From: a virus
Length of the DNA stretch: 64,000 bases
Reading direction: 5' to 3' (one strand)
Virus record (IMG/VR): IMGVR_UViG_3300046000_009133
Coordinates: 5,668 to 69,667 of that record
Below, in pieces: positions 18,593 to 29,111 of the stretch. The notes under the pieces were generated by a model that made no database searches, was not told the origin of the DNA, and saw nothing but the letters and a program-made list of their open reading frames with translations. A program made the position numbers and the translations under genes. The first letter of the stretch is position 1. Every line of letters begins with the position of its first letter.

Positions 18593-19891
18593 CTATGCTT
18601 CAGGTGTCAAAGATTCGAGCGCCATGATTTGCACAACAGCCTGTCCAACATCATCGGTAAGCCACCGAATTGTCAAACTATCGCTGGCAAAACGGCAGAC
18701 ATTCAGCCAGCAAATCATTACTATTTGGCTTTGTGGAATATCTGCACCGACCGCAGTATCAAACTCGATTCTGCTGAACAGACCGCTGGACCCGGTGTCA
18801 AAGCTTTCGTCGAAGTCCAAAGAGAACGCACCGGGGCCGGGATCATCGGTGGCGATAATGTTGATGATTTTTCGAAACAGCCAGGTTCCGTCAAACAGTT
18901 TGATCGCCAACGCAGTTTCAACCGTGGAAAGTGCATACGTCTCACCGACTGCGCTGCCTACGACAGTCAGATACTCACTCCCATTGGCAATACCGCCGCT
19001 TGGCAGCATGTCGGTAGTCCAAGAAGGGCTGTAGAACTCCCCTTGGCGTCCGCGCATCTGATTGAACAAGGTCAACAGCACGCCGATGTCATCGCGGCTG
19101 CGATCCGCATAGTTAAACTGTGTGATTTTCGTGTAGAACTCGATCGGCAGGAATGCCTTCACGATGCCGCGGTCATAGTCAACTTCTTCGATACCAGAAG
19201 AAAAAGAAACCGATGGTTGCTGTGCCCAATTGGGTGAGGCAAGCAGAACCGGGCGGCCGTTGAACGTTCCGAGGGATGTTGAACCCATCAAAGGAACCCC
19301 ACTGGGAGCATTTACTTCGAGCGAGATAGACGATGTGGACACGCGATCGGTGACATGGTTAAGGGTTACGTTTTTGTTCAATCTCCCACTGACCACGGGG
19401 CGAATAACCGTGCCCTTGGGCCATGCTTTCGTCAGTGGGGCGGTTAGACCAATTTGCACATTGGTCAAAATAGTGTCGAAATCTTCACCGTAGTCGATGC
19501 TGAAAGACCCAACGCCAGTTAGTTCCTCGCCGCCAACAAACTCGCTTGCGTCCAGATCGGAAAGAACCAGGAGCATGTCTTCAGTTAGCCAAGGTGCGTT
19601 TTCAACTACGATTTCAGTTGCGCCAATGACTGTCGCAACTGAAAGCACTGCGGCATAGCGAGCAGGATCAGCAATCGAGATGCTGTCAGCGCCCCGAGAG
19701 TGCATCAGTGCCTTGAATGCCAAGAGGCGATCATCCCAAAGCAGTGTCGAAAAACTGATGGTCCGACGAGGCGTCAGCCGCTCGGCTACGCGCTGCTCCC
19801 GGCCCGAGTAAGATGTGAAAACAGTCGTCCGAAACTCATAGGTCTCAGTGACATTTTCGGTCCAGTTAGGCACAAGATGATAGTTCGTCAT
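18593..19891 (-). CDS. distal tail / minor tail protein
   Basis: PNW...V.E..EF.T...SGREQR...R..PRR; follows the tape measure gene. Confidence 0.8.
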   Translation of the reverse strand: MTNYHLVPNWTENVTETYEFRTTVFTSYSGREQRVAERLTPRRTISFSTLLWDDRLLAFKALMHSRGADSISIADPARYAAVLSVATVIGATEIVVENAPWLTEDMLLVLSDLDASEFVGGEELTGVGSFSIDYGEDFDTILTNVQIGLTAPLTKAWPKGTVIRPVVSGRLNKNVTLNHVTDRVSTSSISLEVNAPSGVPLMGSTSLGTFNGRPVLLASPNWAQQPSVSFSSGIEEVDYDRGIVKAFLPIEFYTKITQFNYADRSRDDIGVLLTLFNQMRGRQGEFYSPSWTTDMLPSGGIANGSEYLTVVGSAVGETYALSTVETALAIKLFDGTWLFRKIINIIATDDPGPGAFSLDFDESFDTGSSGLFSRIEFDTAVGADIPQSQIVMICWLNVCRFASDSLTIRWLTDDVGQAVVQIMALESLTPEA

Positions 19892-22800
19892 CCGAGAACC
19901 CCGCCCAACTGACGGGATCTGCGAGTCATAAAGTTGAGCATGATCTTTTCGCCGATCTCCGTGGAAAGAGCAGCCTCCAGCACATCGGCAGGATCGAACA
20001 CGTTCACGTTCTTGATGGTCGTGTTTGACTGTGCTGCACCACCATTCATCACATGCCGCGGGTCATCGCGGGTCAGCATTTCCTCGTCCTTCAACCCAAT
20101 GATCGGCACCTCATTCGGCCCGAGTCCGAGAACTCCGCCAGAGTGGAACCGCTGCGCGCCTGCAAAGACGCCGGGGTTGACCATGCGGCTGCCGGAACCA
20201 CCGCTGCGACCAACCACACCGCCACTGTGGAACAACTTGCCCAGCAACCCAGCCAAGAAACCACCACCACCTCCAGCTTTTGAGCCACCACTAAGCGCAT
20301 TGAACAGCGCCTGTTTGACAATGGCCTTTCCAATCTCGATCAGGAACTCCCCAATACCCTGCATCAAGGTTTGGAAGAACGCCTGAGCCACGTTCGTCCC
20401 ATTGGCAATGGCTTCGGCCAAGGCGCTGAACGCATTGCTTCCAATGTCGGCCAACCGCTCATTGATGCTTTCAGCATTCGGCAGGAAATTGGTTTCCAGA
20501 TCCTCAATCACGTCTCCGATACCATCGCGAAGATTCTTCAACTTCAGGATAGCAGCATCGGCACCGGGTCCACCCATAGCCGTCCAGAACATAATGGCGT
20601 CGTCGATTGCGGCTTGCAGCGACATTTCCGTGGCGTTGATCTCGCCGACGATCTCAATAACCTTACCACCGTCACCAGCAGCCTGTGCGATTTCGAGGCT
20701 TTCAAGCAGCAGAGATCGCTGCTCCAGCAGCCGGTTGACTTCCATTTCGACGTTCTGCCGGTCGAACAATGCGCCCGCAGTGCGTTCAATCTCTGCGCGC
20801 TGCTCCTTGGTCAGTGTCAGACCGGCCCGCTGTGCCTCAAGTTCTTCCTCTCGCAACGCCTTGGTAATAGCAGCCTGCCGCGCTTCCAGAGTGGCGTTCG
20901 ACAATTCAAACTGCTGACCTTCAATGCGCTGTTTGTAGGCGTCAAGGTAGTCTTTTTCATTCTTGACCCGTTCGGCATCCAATTCGGAAAGGCGGGTATT
21001 GATCGCCAATTCGTTTTGCGATATGCCCATTTTCTTTTCGGCCCATGCCACAACTTCCGATGCGTTTTTGCCTTCCAGAATGCTTTTGTTCGCATTGATT
21101 TGGTCAGACCCAAGGATGTCCGATACAGGAGTCGATGCTTGGGCTGCCAATACCCCCGCAGCGCCCCGCGGACCAAGGAAGTGCGCCAGATAAAGCGCAG
21201 CGTCGGTCGTCGCGACACCGGCCTTCTGAAGCACGGCCGCGTTCTCACGAGCATACAACTCGACCATTTGGCGAGATATTGCAGAGTCTTCCCGCAACGC
21301 CAGAATCGCGGCTTCGGTCATTCCGGCTGCGCGGTCGGGGAAGTATGTCTTGAACATCGACAACCAGGTTGCCGAGATAAATTGTCCCAAACCCGTGGCT
21401 GACGACAGTGGATTTTTCGCCGAAGCATTACCGCCAGATTCCACACCGACGATCTTATCCACCAGTCCAGACATGCCAGTGCCCAGCGTTGTATTGGCGG
21501 CGCTGCGGTCGAACGTGATCCCGGCTTGCTCACGCAGCAGGCGCGTCTGTTCTTCAGTCAACCCAAGGAACTCAATCCCAAGTTCATTTGCACGTTCCAA
21601 GGCCGTATTGCGAGCATCCAGCAATGTATTCTCAATGAACTGTTCGCGGCTGGTCAGTGCTGCCAGATCGGCTTCTTCCCGCATCTTGGTGATCTGCTCA
21701 TCCAAGAGCCCGTTGACATCAAGTTGGAGCTTCTTTTCTTCTTCCGTCGCGTCTGTCGTTTTATCTGTCGATGCAGTCACGCCGTCTTGTGCGGATTTGA
21801 TTTCTTCAATCCGCTTGGCGATAGCCTGATATTGGGTCTCAACTTCTGCTAGCTGCTTTTTCAAATCTGTGGTGACAGAAGTGTCCAGAGCGTTCGCGCC
21901 GAACATTGCCTGATCCGCGAGTTGTTGTTGTGCAATAAGACGGCGAAGATCTTGGCGCTGCTTGTTCAACGATGCTTCTTGATCGGGGAGTGATAAATTC
22001 TCAAACGATGTTCCAACAGCGACGCCTGCCGCCAGACCTTTCGTAACTTTTTCGAGGGCGATGACGGCCAGTTCCGCCGCACCAGTTATGCTGCCGAGAA
22101 GGATCACTACGGCATCGAACACCACTGAATCTGCCAACGCAGTAACCAGATCGTCCCAGGCTGAAGTGAGTTCTTTTATGTTGGTTTCGAACGATGTGGC
22201 TACAGGAACCGTGTCTTTCAGTCGTCCAGCCAAAATGCGCTGTGCTTCACTCAGCGCGGCAGCCCGGTCACCGCCGGCGTCCATTGCGCGGATGTGGGCA
22301 AGTTGATCCGCGGTCAGGAATTTCAGTTCCTGGTCGAGCGTCCTTACATCGTCAATGTTTCCCGTGAATGCCTTGGAGAGTTTCGCAGCCGCGTCGCCAA
22401 CGTCGATACCTGCAACGTCCGAAAGTTGCTTCGCCATCTGGGCCAAGGGAAGCATCTCATCGCCAGAAAGACCTTCTTTGATAAAGGCCAGCGAAATCTT
22501 CCGAGCATCCTCGATCGCGATACCGAACTTCTGCATTTCGCTGGCGTTGGCTGCTAAAGATTCCGCGCTGTACCGCCCCCCATCTGCCATCAGCGCCAAT
22601 TGTGAAGTGAAGACTTCCACGGATTTAGATTCTGTGCGGACCCGCATGAAAGCCGCTATGAACGGCGAAAGAACTGCAGTAACGGCTGCGATCTGCGGAA
22701 TGGACCGGACTAACCCGACCATCATCTGTGGCCAAATCTGGGCGAACTGACCGGCCTGCTGTGCGAGGATTTGGATGGGTGCCTGACCCATCGCTACGCC

Positions 22801-23571
22801 GCCGATCACGTCATTGAGTTGATACCCGAGGTTGACCATCTGATACGGTCTCAGGCCGTAGAGTTCAACGTCTTGGGATTCACCTTTGCGACCGCCGCTG
22901 TCGCCTCTAACTGGCCGATTTCCTCTACGACCACCCCTGATCCATTCCACCTCTGCTGCAATAATTCTGGCTTCTGACGCTTGGGCAGCCGCAGCAATAC
23001 GATCAGCATCATCTTTGTAAGACTGAGCCAAAGCTACGGCAATGGCAGATCGCCTCTGGTCTTCCTTTTGAATATAGTTCCCGCCAGGGGCGTCGGTTAT
23101 AATCCCTTTACTGGACGCATTATTGCTGACCGCTGCAACTTTGTTGAGCGCCGTCGCCGTTTGATTGGCCGCAGTGGTTTGCTGCTGCATCAGTGCGACG
23201 TTGTGACTCCAGGAACTAAAGCCGCTTTTCTGTGCTGTGGTGATAGCTTGAGTTCTGTTAGTGACTTGCCCCAGCGATGCCTGCAACTCCAGAGCCTTCG
23301 CTTGCAGTTTGGCTTTTTGGGTAATTATGCGCGCCATCTCGGCACGGCTGGCACCTTGCGTTGAAATCAGTTGCTTGAATTCGACATTGAGATTTTTGAT
23401 TGAAGTCTGAGTTTCGGCGAGAGCCTGTTTGTTCGCAATCGCCATGCGCTTCATTGCCGTCGCGGAAGTCGCGGCGACATCGTTTTGCATCTTCTTCAGG
23501 TTGTCGAGAACCTTGCTGAACTGATCTCTGGCGCGAACAACCAGATCGACTGTGCGTTCGTTATTCGCCAT
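19888..23571 (-). CDS. tape measure protein with internal lytic-transglycosylase-like domain
   Basis: 1227 aa, helical; NLGYQLNDV..G...GQ....I..QQ.GQ; VESGG...SSATGLGQF...YLAHFLG; FHSGG repeats. Confidence 0.92.
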   Translation of the reverse strand: MANNERTVDLVVRARDQFSKVLDNLKKMQNDVAATSATAMKRMAIANKQALAETQTSIKNLNVEFKQLISTQGASRAEMARIITQKAKLQAKALELQASLGQVTNRTQAITTAQKSGFSSWSHNVALMQQQTTAANQTATALNKVAAVSNNASSKGIITDAPGGNYIQKEDQRRSAIAVALAQSYKDDADRIAAAAQASEARIIAAEVEWIRGGRRGNRPVRGDSGGRKGESQDVELYGLRPYQMVNLGYQLNDVIGGVAMGQAPIQILAQQAGQFAQIWPQMMVGLVRSIPQIAAVTAVLSPFIAAFMRVRTESKSVEVFTSQLALMADGGRYSAESLAANASEMQKFGIAIEDARKISLAFIKEGLSGDEMLPLAQMAKQLSDVAGIDVGDAAAKLSKAFTGNIDDVRTLDQELKFLTADQLAHIRAMDAGGDRAAALSEAQRILAGRLKDTVPVATSFETNIKELTSAWDDLVTALADSVVFDAVVILLGSITGAAELAVIALEKVTKGLAAGVAVGTSFENLSLPDQEASLNKQRQDLRRLIAQQQLADQAMFGANALDTSVTTDLKKQLAEVETQYQAIAKRIEEIKSAQDGVTASTDKTTDATEEEKKLQLDVNGLLDEQITKMREEADLAALTSREQFIENTLLDARNTALERANELGIEFLGLTEEQTRLLREQAGITFDRSAANTTLGTGMSGLVDKIVGVESGGNASAKNPLSSATGLGQFISATWLSMFKTYFPDRAAGMTEAAILALREDSAISRQMVELYARENAAVLQKAGVATTDAALYLAHFLGPRGAAGVLAAQASTPVSDILGSDQINANKSILEGKNASEVVAWAEKKMGISQNELAINTRLSELDAERVKNEKDYLDAYKQRIEGQQFELSNATLEARQAAITKALREEELEAQRAGLTLTKEQRAEIERTAGALFDRQNVEMEVNRLLEQRSLLLESLEIAQAAGDGGKVIEIVGEINATEMSLQAAIDDAIMFWTAMGGPGADAAILKLKNLRDGIGDVIEDLETNFLPNAESINERLADIGSNAFSALAEAIANGTNVAQAFFQTLMQGIGEFLIEIGKAIVKQALFNALSGGSKAGGGGGFLAGLLGKLFHSGGVVGRSGGSGSRMVNPGVFAGAQRFHSGGVLGLGPNEVPIIGLKDEEMLTRDDPRHVMNGGAAQSNTTIKNVNVFDPADVLEAALSTEIGEKIMLNFMTRRSRQLGGVLG

Positions 23572-23830
23572 TCATCATGTCCTTCAAAACGTTACTGAGG
23601 TCTTTGGCAGCTCGTTTTGTGCCTTCTGGCTTGACGTTCATATTGGGGATCGTGGAGAGCGCCATTTGCAAAAGCGAGGTCTGTGCTGCCATTTGAACGC
23701 CTATCCGTTTGGCCACTATTCCAGCTTCCACAAAAACCATTCCGACCGGATATCGCATTGCATGGGGGTGTCCGTGATCGAGCAACATGCTGACCTGGCT
23801 ACGGATACCTGCGACCCATCGGTTCAGGTT
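23561..23830 (-). CDS. tail assembly chaperone extension (gpT-like), probably reached by -1 frameshift
   Basis: The -1 frame is open across the chaperone stop (PENLNRWVAGIRSQVSMLLDHGHP...YP). Confidence 0.6.
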   Translation of the reverse strand, partial: NLNRWVAGIRSQVSMLLDHGHPHAMRYPVGMVFVEAGIVAKRIGVQMAAQTSLLQMALSTIPNMNVKPEGTKRAAKDLSNVLKDMMNGE

Positions 23831-24252
23831 TTCGGGCGTGTCAGGCTTACCGCGCCTTGCATCGCCCGAACGACGATCTCCATCACCTTTTCCAGTCCAC
23901 CTTCAGCCACCAGCGTCAACCGCATGATCTTGTCCAAGGCGTCGATCTGCACACTGAAGGGCAACGTTGCCACCTTGTCTGCGGCCGACAGATTGCCCAT
24001 TGCACAGGCAATGATTGCCGATGCGAGCGGGACAAAACCCTCACCCATCTCCATGGCAATCGCAGTTGGATCGCCAAACAGCTTTCCACTGACGGCTGTG
24101 TCGTAGATGGGCGCCAGTTCGGGCAAGTAATGCCGCACAATATACATGACCTGAGCCAGTCCGAGACCGCGAACCTGATAGCGTTTGCCATCAAATTCGA
24201 CGATCTCGAACGGGATCACCAGATCAGCAATGTCATCGAATGTGTCTCCCAT
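23824..24252 (-). CDS. tail assembly chaperone (gpG-like)
   Basis: VRGLGL motif; between major tail and tape measure genes. Confidence 0.8.
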   Translation of the reverse strand: MGDTFDDIADLVIPFEIVEFDGKRYQVRGLGLAQVMYIVRHYLPELAPIYDTAVSGKLFGDPTAIAMEMGEGFVPLASAIIACAMGNLSAADKVATLPFSVQIDALDKIMRLTLVAEGGLEKVMEIVVRAMQGAVSLTRPKT

Positions 24253-24261
24253 TTCGATGCC

Positions 24262-25050
24262 TTACGCGGCAGGGAAGTTGTTGCGGTAGGCCAGCGGCAG
24301 TGAACCAAGCTTCAGCGCCGTGATGGTCAGCGGAATTTGCTGCCAGGTTGGCGAGTCAGGATCGGTCAGCATCGACAGGTCACCGTTGGGCGTGATCGTC
24401 GCACGCGGAATCCAGATTTCGGACTGCTCGCCAAAGGGGTTGTTCGAGAGGAATTTGATTTCACCTTCGACTTCTTTGTTGTCGGCCAGGATCTGCTTGT
24501 GCGTTGATGCTGCCACGTTGTAGATAACAATCAGATCTGCGTCTTCGGCGATGCCACCACCGCTCAGGACAGTTAGCATACCGGACGCCACGTCGAACGT
24601 GTAATCGGTGTTGTTGACGTGAACCGTCGCGCCGGTCGCTACCGAGGTAACGGTGACATTGCGCAGGCCGGTCGGAGCAACCAAACTGACGCCCAACTGG
24701 TACATCCGTCCCTTTACCACGTCGACCAGAGTTTCGGTTGATCCAGTCGCCGATGCCGTGGTAATCGTGGTCACGCTCGCAGACATGAACCACAGACGCA
24801 TGTTGTCTGCCTTCACGTCATCGGTCATCACCGAACCGGACAGATCGTCACCAATGATCAAACGCTTGTCACGGTTCCGATAACCTTGTTGCGAAGACCG
24901 ATGTTCCAGCGGCGTTACGTCGCGGGACAGCGTGAATTCTGGGCAGTTGCCCATTGGAAGGTAACCCTTGCCAGCGAACGTGCCAGTGACAAACGGGTTG
25001 AAAAGGATGGACCCACGCGGGACCACGAGGTTATTCGACTGATAGTCCAT
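24262..25050 (-). CDS. major tail tube protein
   Basis: N.VVPRG...GNCPEF.L...NNP.G...P.A...PNGD; AAGGAG SD. Confidence 0.85.
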   Translation of the reverse strand: MDYQSNNLVVPRGSILFNPFVTGTFAGKGYLPMGNCPEFTLSRDVTPLEHRSSQQGYRNRDKRLIIGDDLSGSVMTDDVKADNMRLWFMSASVTTITTASATGSTETLVDVVKGRMYQLGVSLVAPTGLRNVTVTSVATGATVHVNNTDYTFDVASGMLTVLSGGGIAEDADLIVIYNVAASTHKQILADNKEVEGEIKFLSNNPFGEQSEIWIPRATITPNGDLSMLTDPDSPTWQQIPLTITALKLGSLPLAYRNNFPAA

Positions 25051-25137
25051 GGTTCACTCCTTTGTTGTATTGCACTTATAGCGTGAAATTGCGCCTCTTG
25101 GAAGGGGGTCAATGCGACTCCGAGCATCGCTGCCCCC

Positions 25138-27492
25138 TTATGCCGACAACCGCAGCACAGCGTCACCGTATCCGGTTACGTCGATCAAAACCTGCGACCC
25201 CGCGACAACCGTTGACCCGACAGAAATCGTCCCGCCTGTCGAAAGCACCTCAACCGTGCGACCATTGAGTTCGCTTGGGATTGCAACGGCCGTGTTCGTC
25301 AGGGTCTGGTGGGCTGTGATATAGACGTAATCCTTGCCGTCCATGCTGACGATCACGCCGGGCACCGTCAGGTCGGTGTCGGTTGGCAGGAATGGCGCGC
25401 GGAAAGCAGTCACCAGATCATTGTTGCCAACGGCTGCGTCACCCGCCGCGAAATCAACGGCAGTCGGATACATTTTCTCTGCTGACGAGAAAAACAGCAC
25501 GTCATTCACTTTTGCCGCCCGTGCCGCAGGCACACCCAACCCGACATCGCGGCTATAGCCAAATAGATGCCCCGAAACTGCAACCCCGCCACTGTCTTTG
25601 CCGATCAGTGCAAAATGGCTGGCCGGATCGGCAGGATTTGTGCAGGACGTGCGCGGGATACGGATTTCTGCGGCGTTGGCCGTAATGTCCGCGACGGATT
25701 GGAAATTGTAGCCAGATACGACCGACACTGACGGCACATAGAGGCAGACCGCGCTTTGCATCCCCGGCGTGCTGTCCGCAGGCAGTGCCAGCCGTTGCAA
25801 CTGGATGCCGCCCCAATAGTCGGTTGCCGCAGAACGGCGATAGGCGTCTTTAACACCATGCCCCGCACGGACTGACATCGCGCCCCATTGGTTCCACTCG
25901 TAGACATAAGCAAAACGCACTTGCTGTTTGGCCGAGGTATAGTTGGGCGTCACTGCCCCAACTGCTGCAATCAGCGCGTCTTGTTGAGCGGCGGCGTTGA
26001 TCAGCGCGTAGGTTTCGCCAATGATCAGCCGCGCGCCAGCATAGACCCCATCTGCAGTAATGGCCGTGTCGTCGAGGCGCACATTCACGACATAATCCGT
26101 GATGATCGGGTGCATCTGGATTTGCGCCGATGCGCTGGCCGTGATGGCCCCGGTATTGGTAGCGCCAGACACATGCGTAAAATTGAGGCTGGACGGGGCT
26201 GACGTGGCGATGGACCACTTGTCTTGCGTCCCGGTATAGCGCCGCACGAATGACAGCGTTCCGGTCGTGTCGATCAGCATCATCACCCAGTTGCTCGTCC
26301 CGTCCGACCAGATTGACCCAACATCCGCGTTGGCCTTGCCATGGGCAGCCGCAGTCAGGCGATAGCCAATCACACCATGCGATCCGCCTAAATACATGCT
26401 GTTGAGCCGGATCGGACATGCCTCGTCAAATCCGCCAAAATGCACCAGCGTTGACGTGTTGAACGCTGCAATGGTCGAGATGGCGGTGGTCGATTTTGCA
26501 ATAAAGCGGATGCCCCGGAAATCAACAACCTGCGACTGTATTAGGCGGCTGCGATCCAGCGCGCGGCCAACGTCCAGTCGCCAGACCACATCATAGGCGG
26601 TGGATTGCTGCGCCCCGGCACGGATGTAAAGCTCCGATCCTTGCCGCGCGACTGTGATTTGTCCGGTTTCGACCGGGTTAAAATCAGCAGCAGCGGCGGT
26701 ATAGACGCCACCGGAATAGGCAGCGAAAGACAGCGCCGATGCACCCTCGTTGAGCATGGTCGCAGCCGAAACCAGATCAACATGCGCCGCCGTCACTGGC
26801 GTTGCGGCAGAGAAGTCCGTTGTGTTGCGCATGTTTGGCGCGACAGAAACCGCAGCGGCAGGCGTCGTGAACGTGATCTGACGCGGCAATGCGGCTGGAA
26901 GCGGGTTGAACCCGGTCGTGATGTAGGAATGCAGCGATCCGTCAGCGTTGTAAAATTGCAGGAACCCGTTGGTGTGGAGATACGTCCCACCCGGTGCGCC
27001 ATGGATTGACAGAGTGTAGGTCGTGTTTGCTTTTAGCATCGGCGTCTTGCGGCTGACCCACCACGACCAGCCGCTGCCAGCCGTGGATATTGCGGACAGC
27101 AGCCCAGTCGTGTTGCTCCGCACGCGCGCGAGTTGATTCGCAGTCGTGGTCCCGATGGCCGGGGCCACATCACCAGACGGCGCGGCCACGTCCGAGATCG
27201 CCGGGTTCCAGTTGTTTGTCAGGTCAGGGCTGGAAATGATGCTCAACACGTCAACCTGCGGCAGCGGTTCGATAATCGAATCTGCGGCGGCCCGCGCTGC
27301 ATCGCGGGCGGCTTCGGCGTTTTGCGCCCATGCCATCGCTTCATCGGAATATGTCTTACCAATCGCCTCATCAATGACATCAGCAACGAAACGTTGGCCC
27401 ACCCGCAATTTTGCAGCGTCAATTTGACCTGTCAAATTGTCAGGATAAAGTGATGGGATAGCATCGCGGAGATCATCAGTGTCTACAGGCAT
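25138..27492 (-). CDS. large tail fibre / receptor-binding-like protein
   Basis: 784 aa, Ala/Thr/Gly- and beta-rich; N-terminal PDNLTGQIDA..LR segment; inside the tail operon. Confidence 0.65.
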   Translation of the reverse strand: MPVDTDDLRDAIPSLYPDNLTGQIDAAKLRVGQRFVADVIDEAIGKTYSDEAMAWAQNAEAARDAARAAADSIIEPLPQVDVLSIISSPDLTNNWNPAISDVAAPSGDVAPAIGTTTANQLARVRSNTTGLLSAISTAGSGWSWWVSRKTPMLKANTTYTLSIHGAPGGTYLHTNGFLQFYNADGSLHSYITTGFNPLPAALPRQITFTTPAAAVSVAPNMRNTTDFSAATPVTAAHVDLVSAATMLNEGASALSFAAYSGGVYTAAAADFNPVETGQITVARQGSELYIRAGAQQSTAYDVVWRLDVGRALDRSRLIQSQVVDFRGIRFIAKSTTAISTIAAFNTSTLVHFGGFDEACPIRLNSMYLGGSHGVIGYRLTAAAHGKANADVGSIWSDGTSNWVMMLIDTTGTLSFVRRYTGTQDKWSIATSAPSSLNFTHVSGATNTGAITASASAQIQMHPIITDYVVNVRLDDTAITADGVYAGARLIIGETYALINAAAQQDALIAAVGAVTPNYTSAKQQVRFAYVYEWNQWGAMSVRAGHGVKDAYRRSAATDYWGGIQLQRLALPADSTPGMQSAVCLYVPSVSVVSGYNFQSVADITANAAEIRIPRTSCTNPADPASHFALIGKDSGGVAVSGHLFGYSRDVGLGVPAARAAKVNDVLFFSSAEKMYPTAVDFAAGDAAVGNNDLVTAFRAPFLPTDTDLTVPGVIVSMDGKDYVYITAHQTLTNTAVAIPSELNGRTVEVLSTGGTISVGSTVVAGSQVLIDVTGYGDAVLRLSA

Positions 27493-27533
27493 GTCTAACT
27501 CCCAAGGTGATAATCACCTATAACGTGATTTGA

Positions 27534-28070
27534 TCAACTCGCAAAAGGGTTTTCGAGGTCTTCCGCCAAAAGCAGGGTAACGCCAACCAAGAAGTAGGCA
27601 TGATCAGATATTTCATCGCGACCAGGGCGATGTACTGGCTGGCCGATCGACATGCTCATCACACATGGAGCCCTCATCGGTTTATTGAGTCCGAGAATTC
27701 CCGTCGACGATTGCTTCGCTCTCACAAGCGCTTTGGTGACTTCGGCAGATAGCCCATAGGCAGGGTCAAGGGGATGGTTCTTGTCGTCAGCGACGAATCC
27801 CTGAATCAAGACTCGGAATGTATTTTGACTTTTCCCGCTTGTGGTCGAACCGTTGAATGCTTCCGGCGCACGCGGATCTTCCAGCACTGATAACATAGGT
27901 AGAGGATCGTTGGCACCGAAGAAGTCGCGCCCGCGGAACACGCGCTCGGTCACACGATCTGCGCTATCCATGAAGTCACCAAGGTCAAAAGTGTAATAGT
28001 TGGCAACGGTGATTTCTTTCAGCGCATCGCAGATGCCCTTCATCACTTGAAGGCGGAATGGGTCACCCAT
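27534..28070 (-). CDS. tail terminator protein
   Basis: VFRGR..FG..DPLPMLSVLE...QGFV.DD..HP.DPAY; Chi-like synteny. Confidence 0.8.
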   Translation of the reverse strand: MGDPFRLQVMKGICDALKEITVANYYTFDLGDFMDSADRVTERVFRGRDFFGANDPLPMLSVLEDPRAPEAFNGSTTSGKSQNTFRVLIQGFVADDKNHPLDPAYGLSAEVTKALVRAKQSSTGILGLNKPMRAPCVMSMSIGQPVHRPGRDEISDHAYFLVGVTLLLAEDLENPFAS

Positions 28071-28698
28071 TGCTTTTCTCCAGCAGTTCAATTTGGCGAT
28101 GGAACTCACCGACCATGAAATCTAAAGCTTCGGGGCTCAGTTCTTCATAAACGCCATCACCATCTGTGGCAGCCAGCAGCGCCTGATCAACAGATGGTCC
28201 GTAAAGGAGCCAGAGGTTTTTCCCGATCTCTTTCGGCTTATAGGCGCCGGGCGGCTGACCTCCGTTGGTTCGGACAGCCAAGCCTACGTTGTTGTTCCGC
28301 AACCTGATCAAGAAGGCCCGAGGAATTGCCTTAAAGCCGCCACCGGTTTTGACGCGCACGTCGATCTTGTCACCCTTGGGGCGCTGTGATCCTGCCGTTG
28401 GCACCTTCTGTTTTGCGAATCGTGCAAGTGAAGTCGCAGCGTCTCGCCCCTCGATCGAGCCGAACAGTGATCCGTTGCGAGCACGCTGTCGAACCCACAG
28501 TCGCTTGGTCGCTGGCCCAAGGTAGGACGCAGGAAAGGCCACCTGGTCCAGCACGGCGCGGGCGGCACGGGTGCGAGTACGATCCAAAGTCTTGTTAATG
28601 GATCGGGTAATGGCAGTTTCGATGTTGACAGGAAGATTGCCGGCCGCATCCGCGAACTTTTCCAAGCCTTCCAGAATGATCACGGAATCCTGATTCAT
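28063..28698 (-). CDS. neck / tail completion protein (lambda Z-like)
   Basis: Basic; SLARF...AFLI.L...LYGPSVDQ. Confidence 0.75.
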   Translation of the reverse strand: MNQDSVIILEGLEKFADAAGNLPVNIETAITRSINKTLDRTRTRAARAVLDQVAFPASYLGPATKRLWVRQRARNGSLFGSIEGRDAATSLARFAKQKVPTAGSQRPKGDKIDVRVKTGGGFKAIPRAFLIRLRNNNVGLAVRTNGGQPPGAYKPKEIGKNLWLLYGPSVDQALLAATDGDGVYEELSPEALDFMVGEFHRQIELLEKSNG

Positions 28699-29108
28699 GT
28701 CAGCACGCCGATCCATACGGGGTCGCTGAGATCAAGGTCTACTATCAAGGCAGTCAACTCGGTCTGCGCCACTTCGCTGACTTCAACCCAGATGTAGGTT
28801 TCTCGCTCTGGTTTGCTCGGCCCTGTGAAGTAGGCTTCTGTGCTGCTCAAGATCACATAAGCTTTTGACAGCACGCCTTCTGGGACCACAGGCAATTGTG
28901 ATTTTTGGAAGATGATGCGATCTGCAGTGTCCAACATCGCGGCACCATCGGTTTCAAACTGCGGTCGCTCAACCACTGGCTTGCGATGCACGCGGACGGT
29001 AACAGCGACAGGTGTGCCTGTGGCGTGAGTCAAGTAGACAGCCGGAATTTCGAAGTGCCTATGCACGTCGCCCAGCATCGCTCGCTTTTTCTCACGCCAC
29101 CCAGCCAT
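28695..29108 (-). CDS. head-tail joining protein
   Basis: WRE.KR....DVH..F..PA.Y; synteny. Confidence 0.7.
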   Translation of the reverse strand: MAGWREKKRAMLGDVHRHFEIPAVYLTHATGTPVAVTVRVHRKPVVERPQFETDGAAMLDTADRIIFQKSQLPVVPEGVLSKAYVILSSTEAYFTGPSKPERETYIWVEVSEVAQTELTALIVDLDLSDPVWIGVLT

Positions 29109-29111
29109 TGG

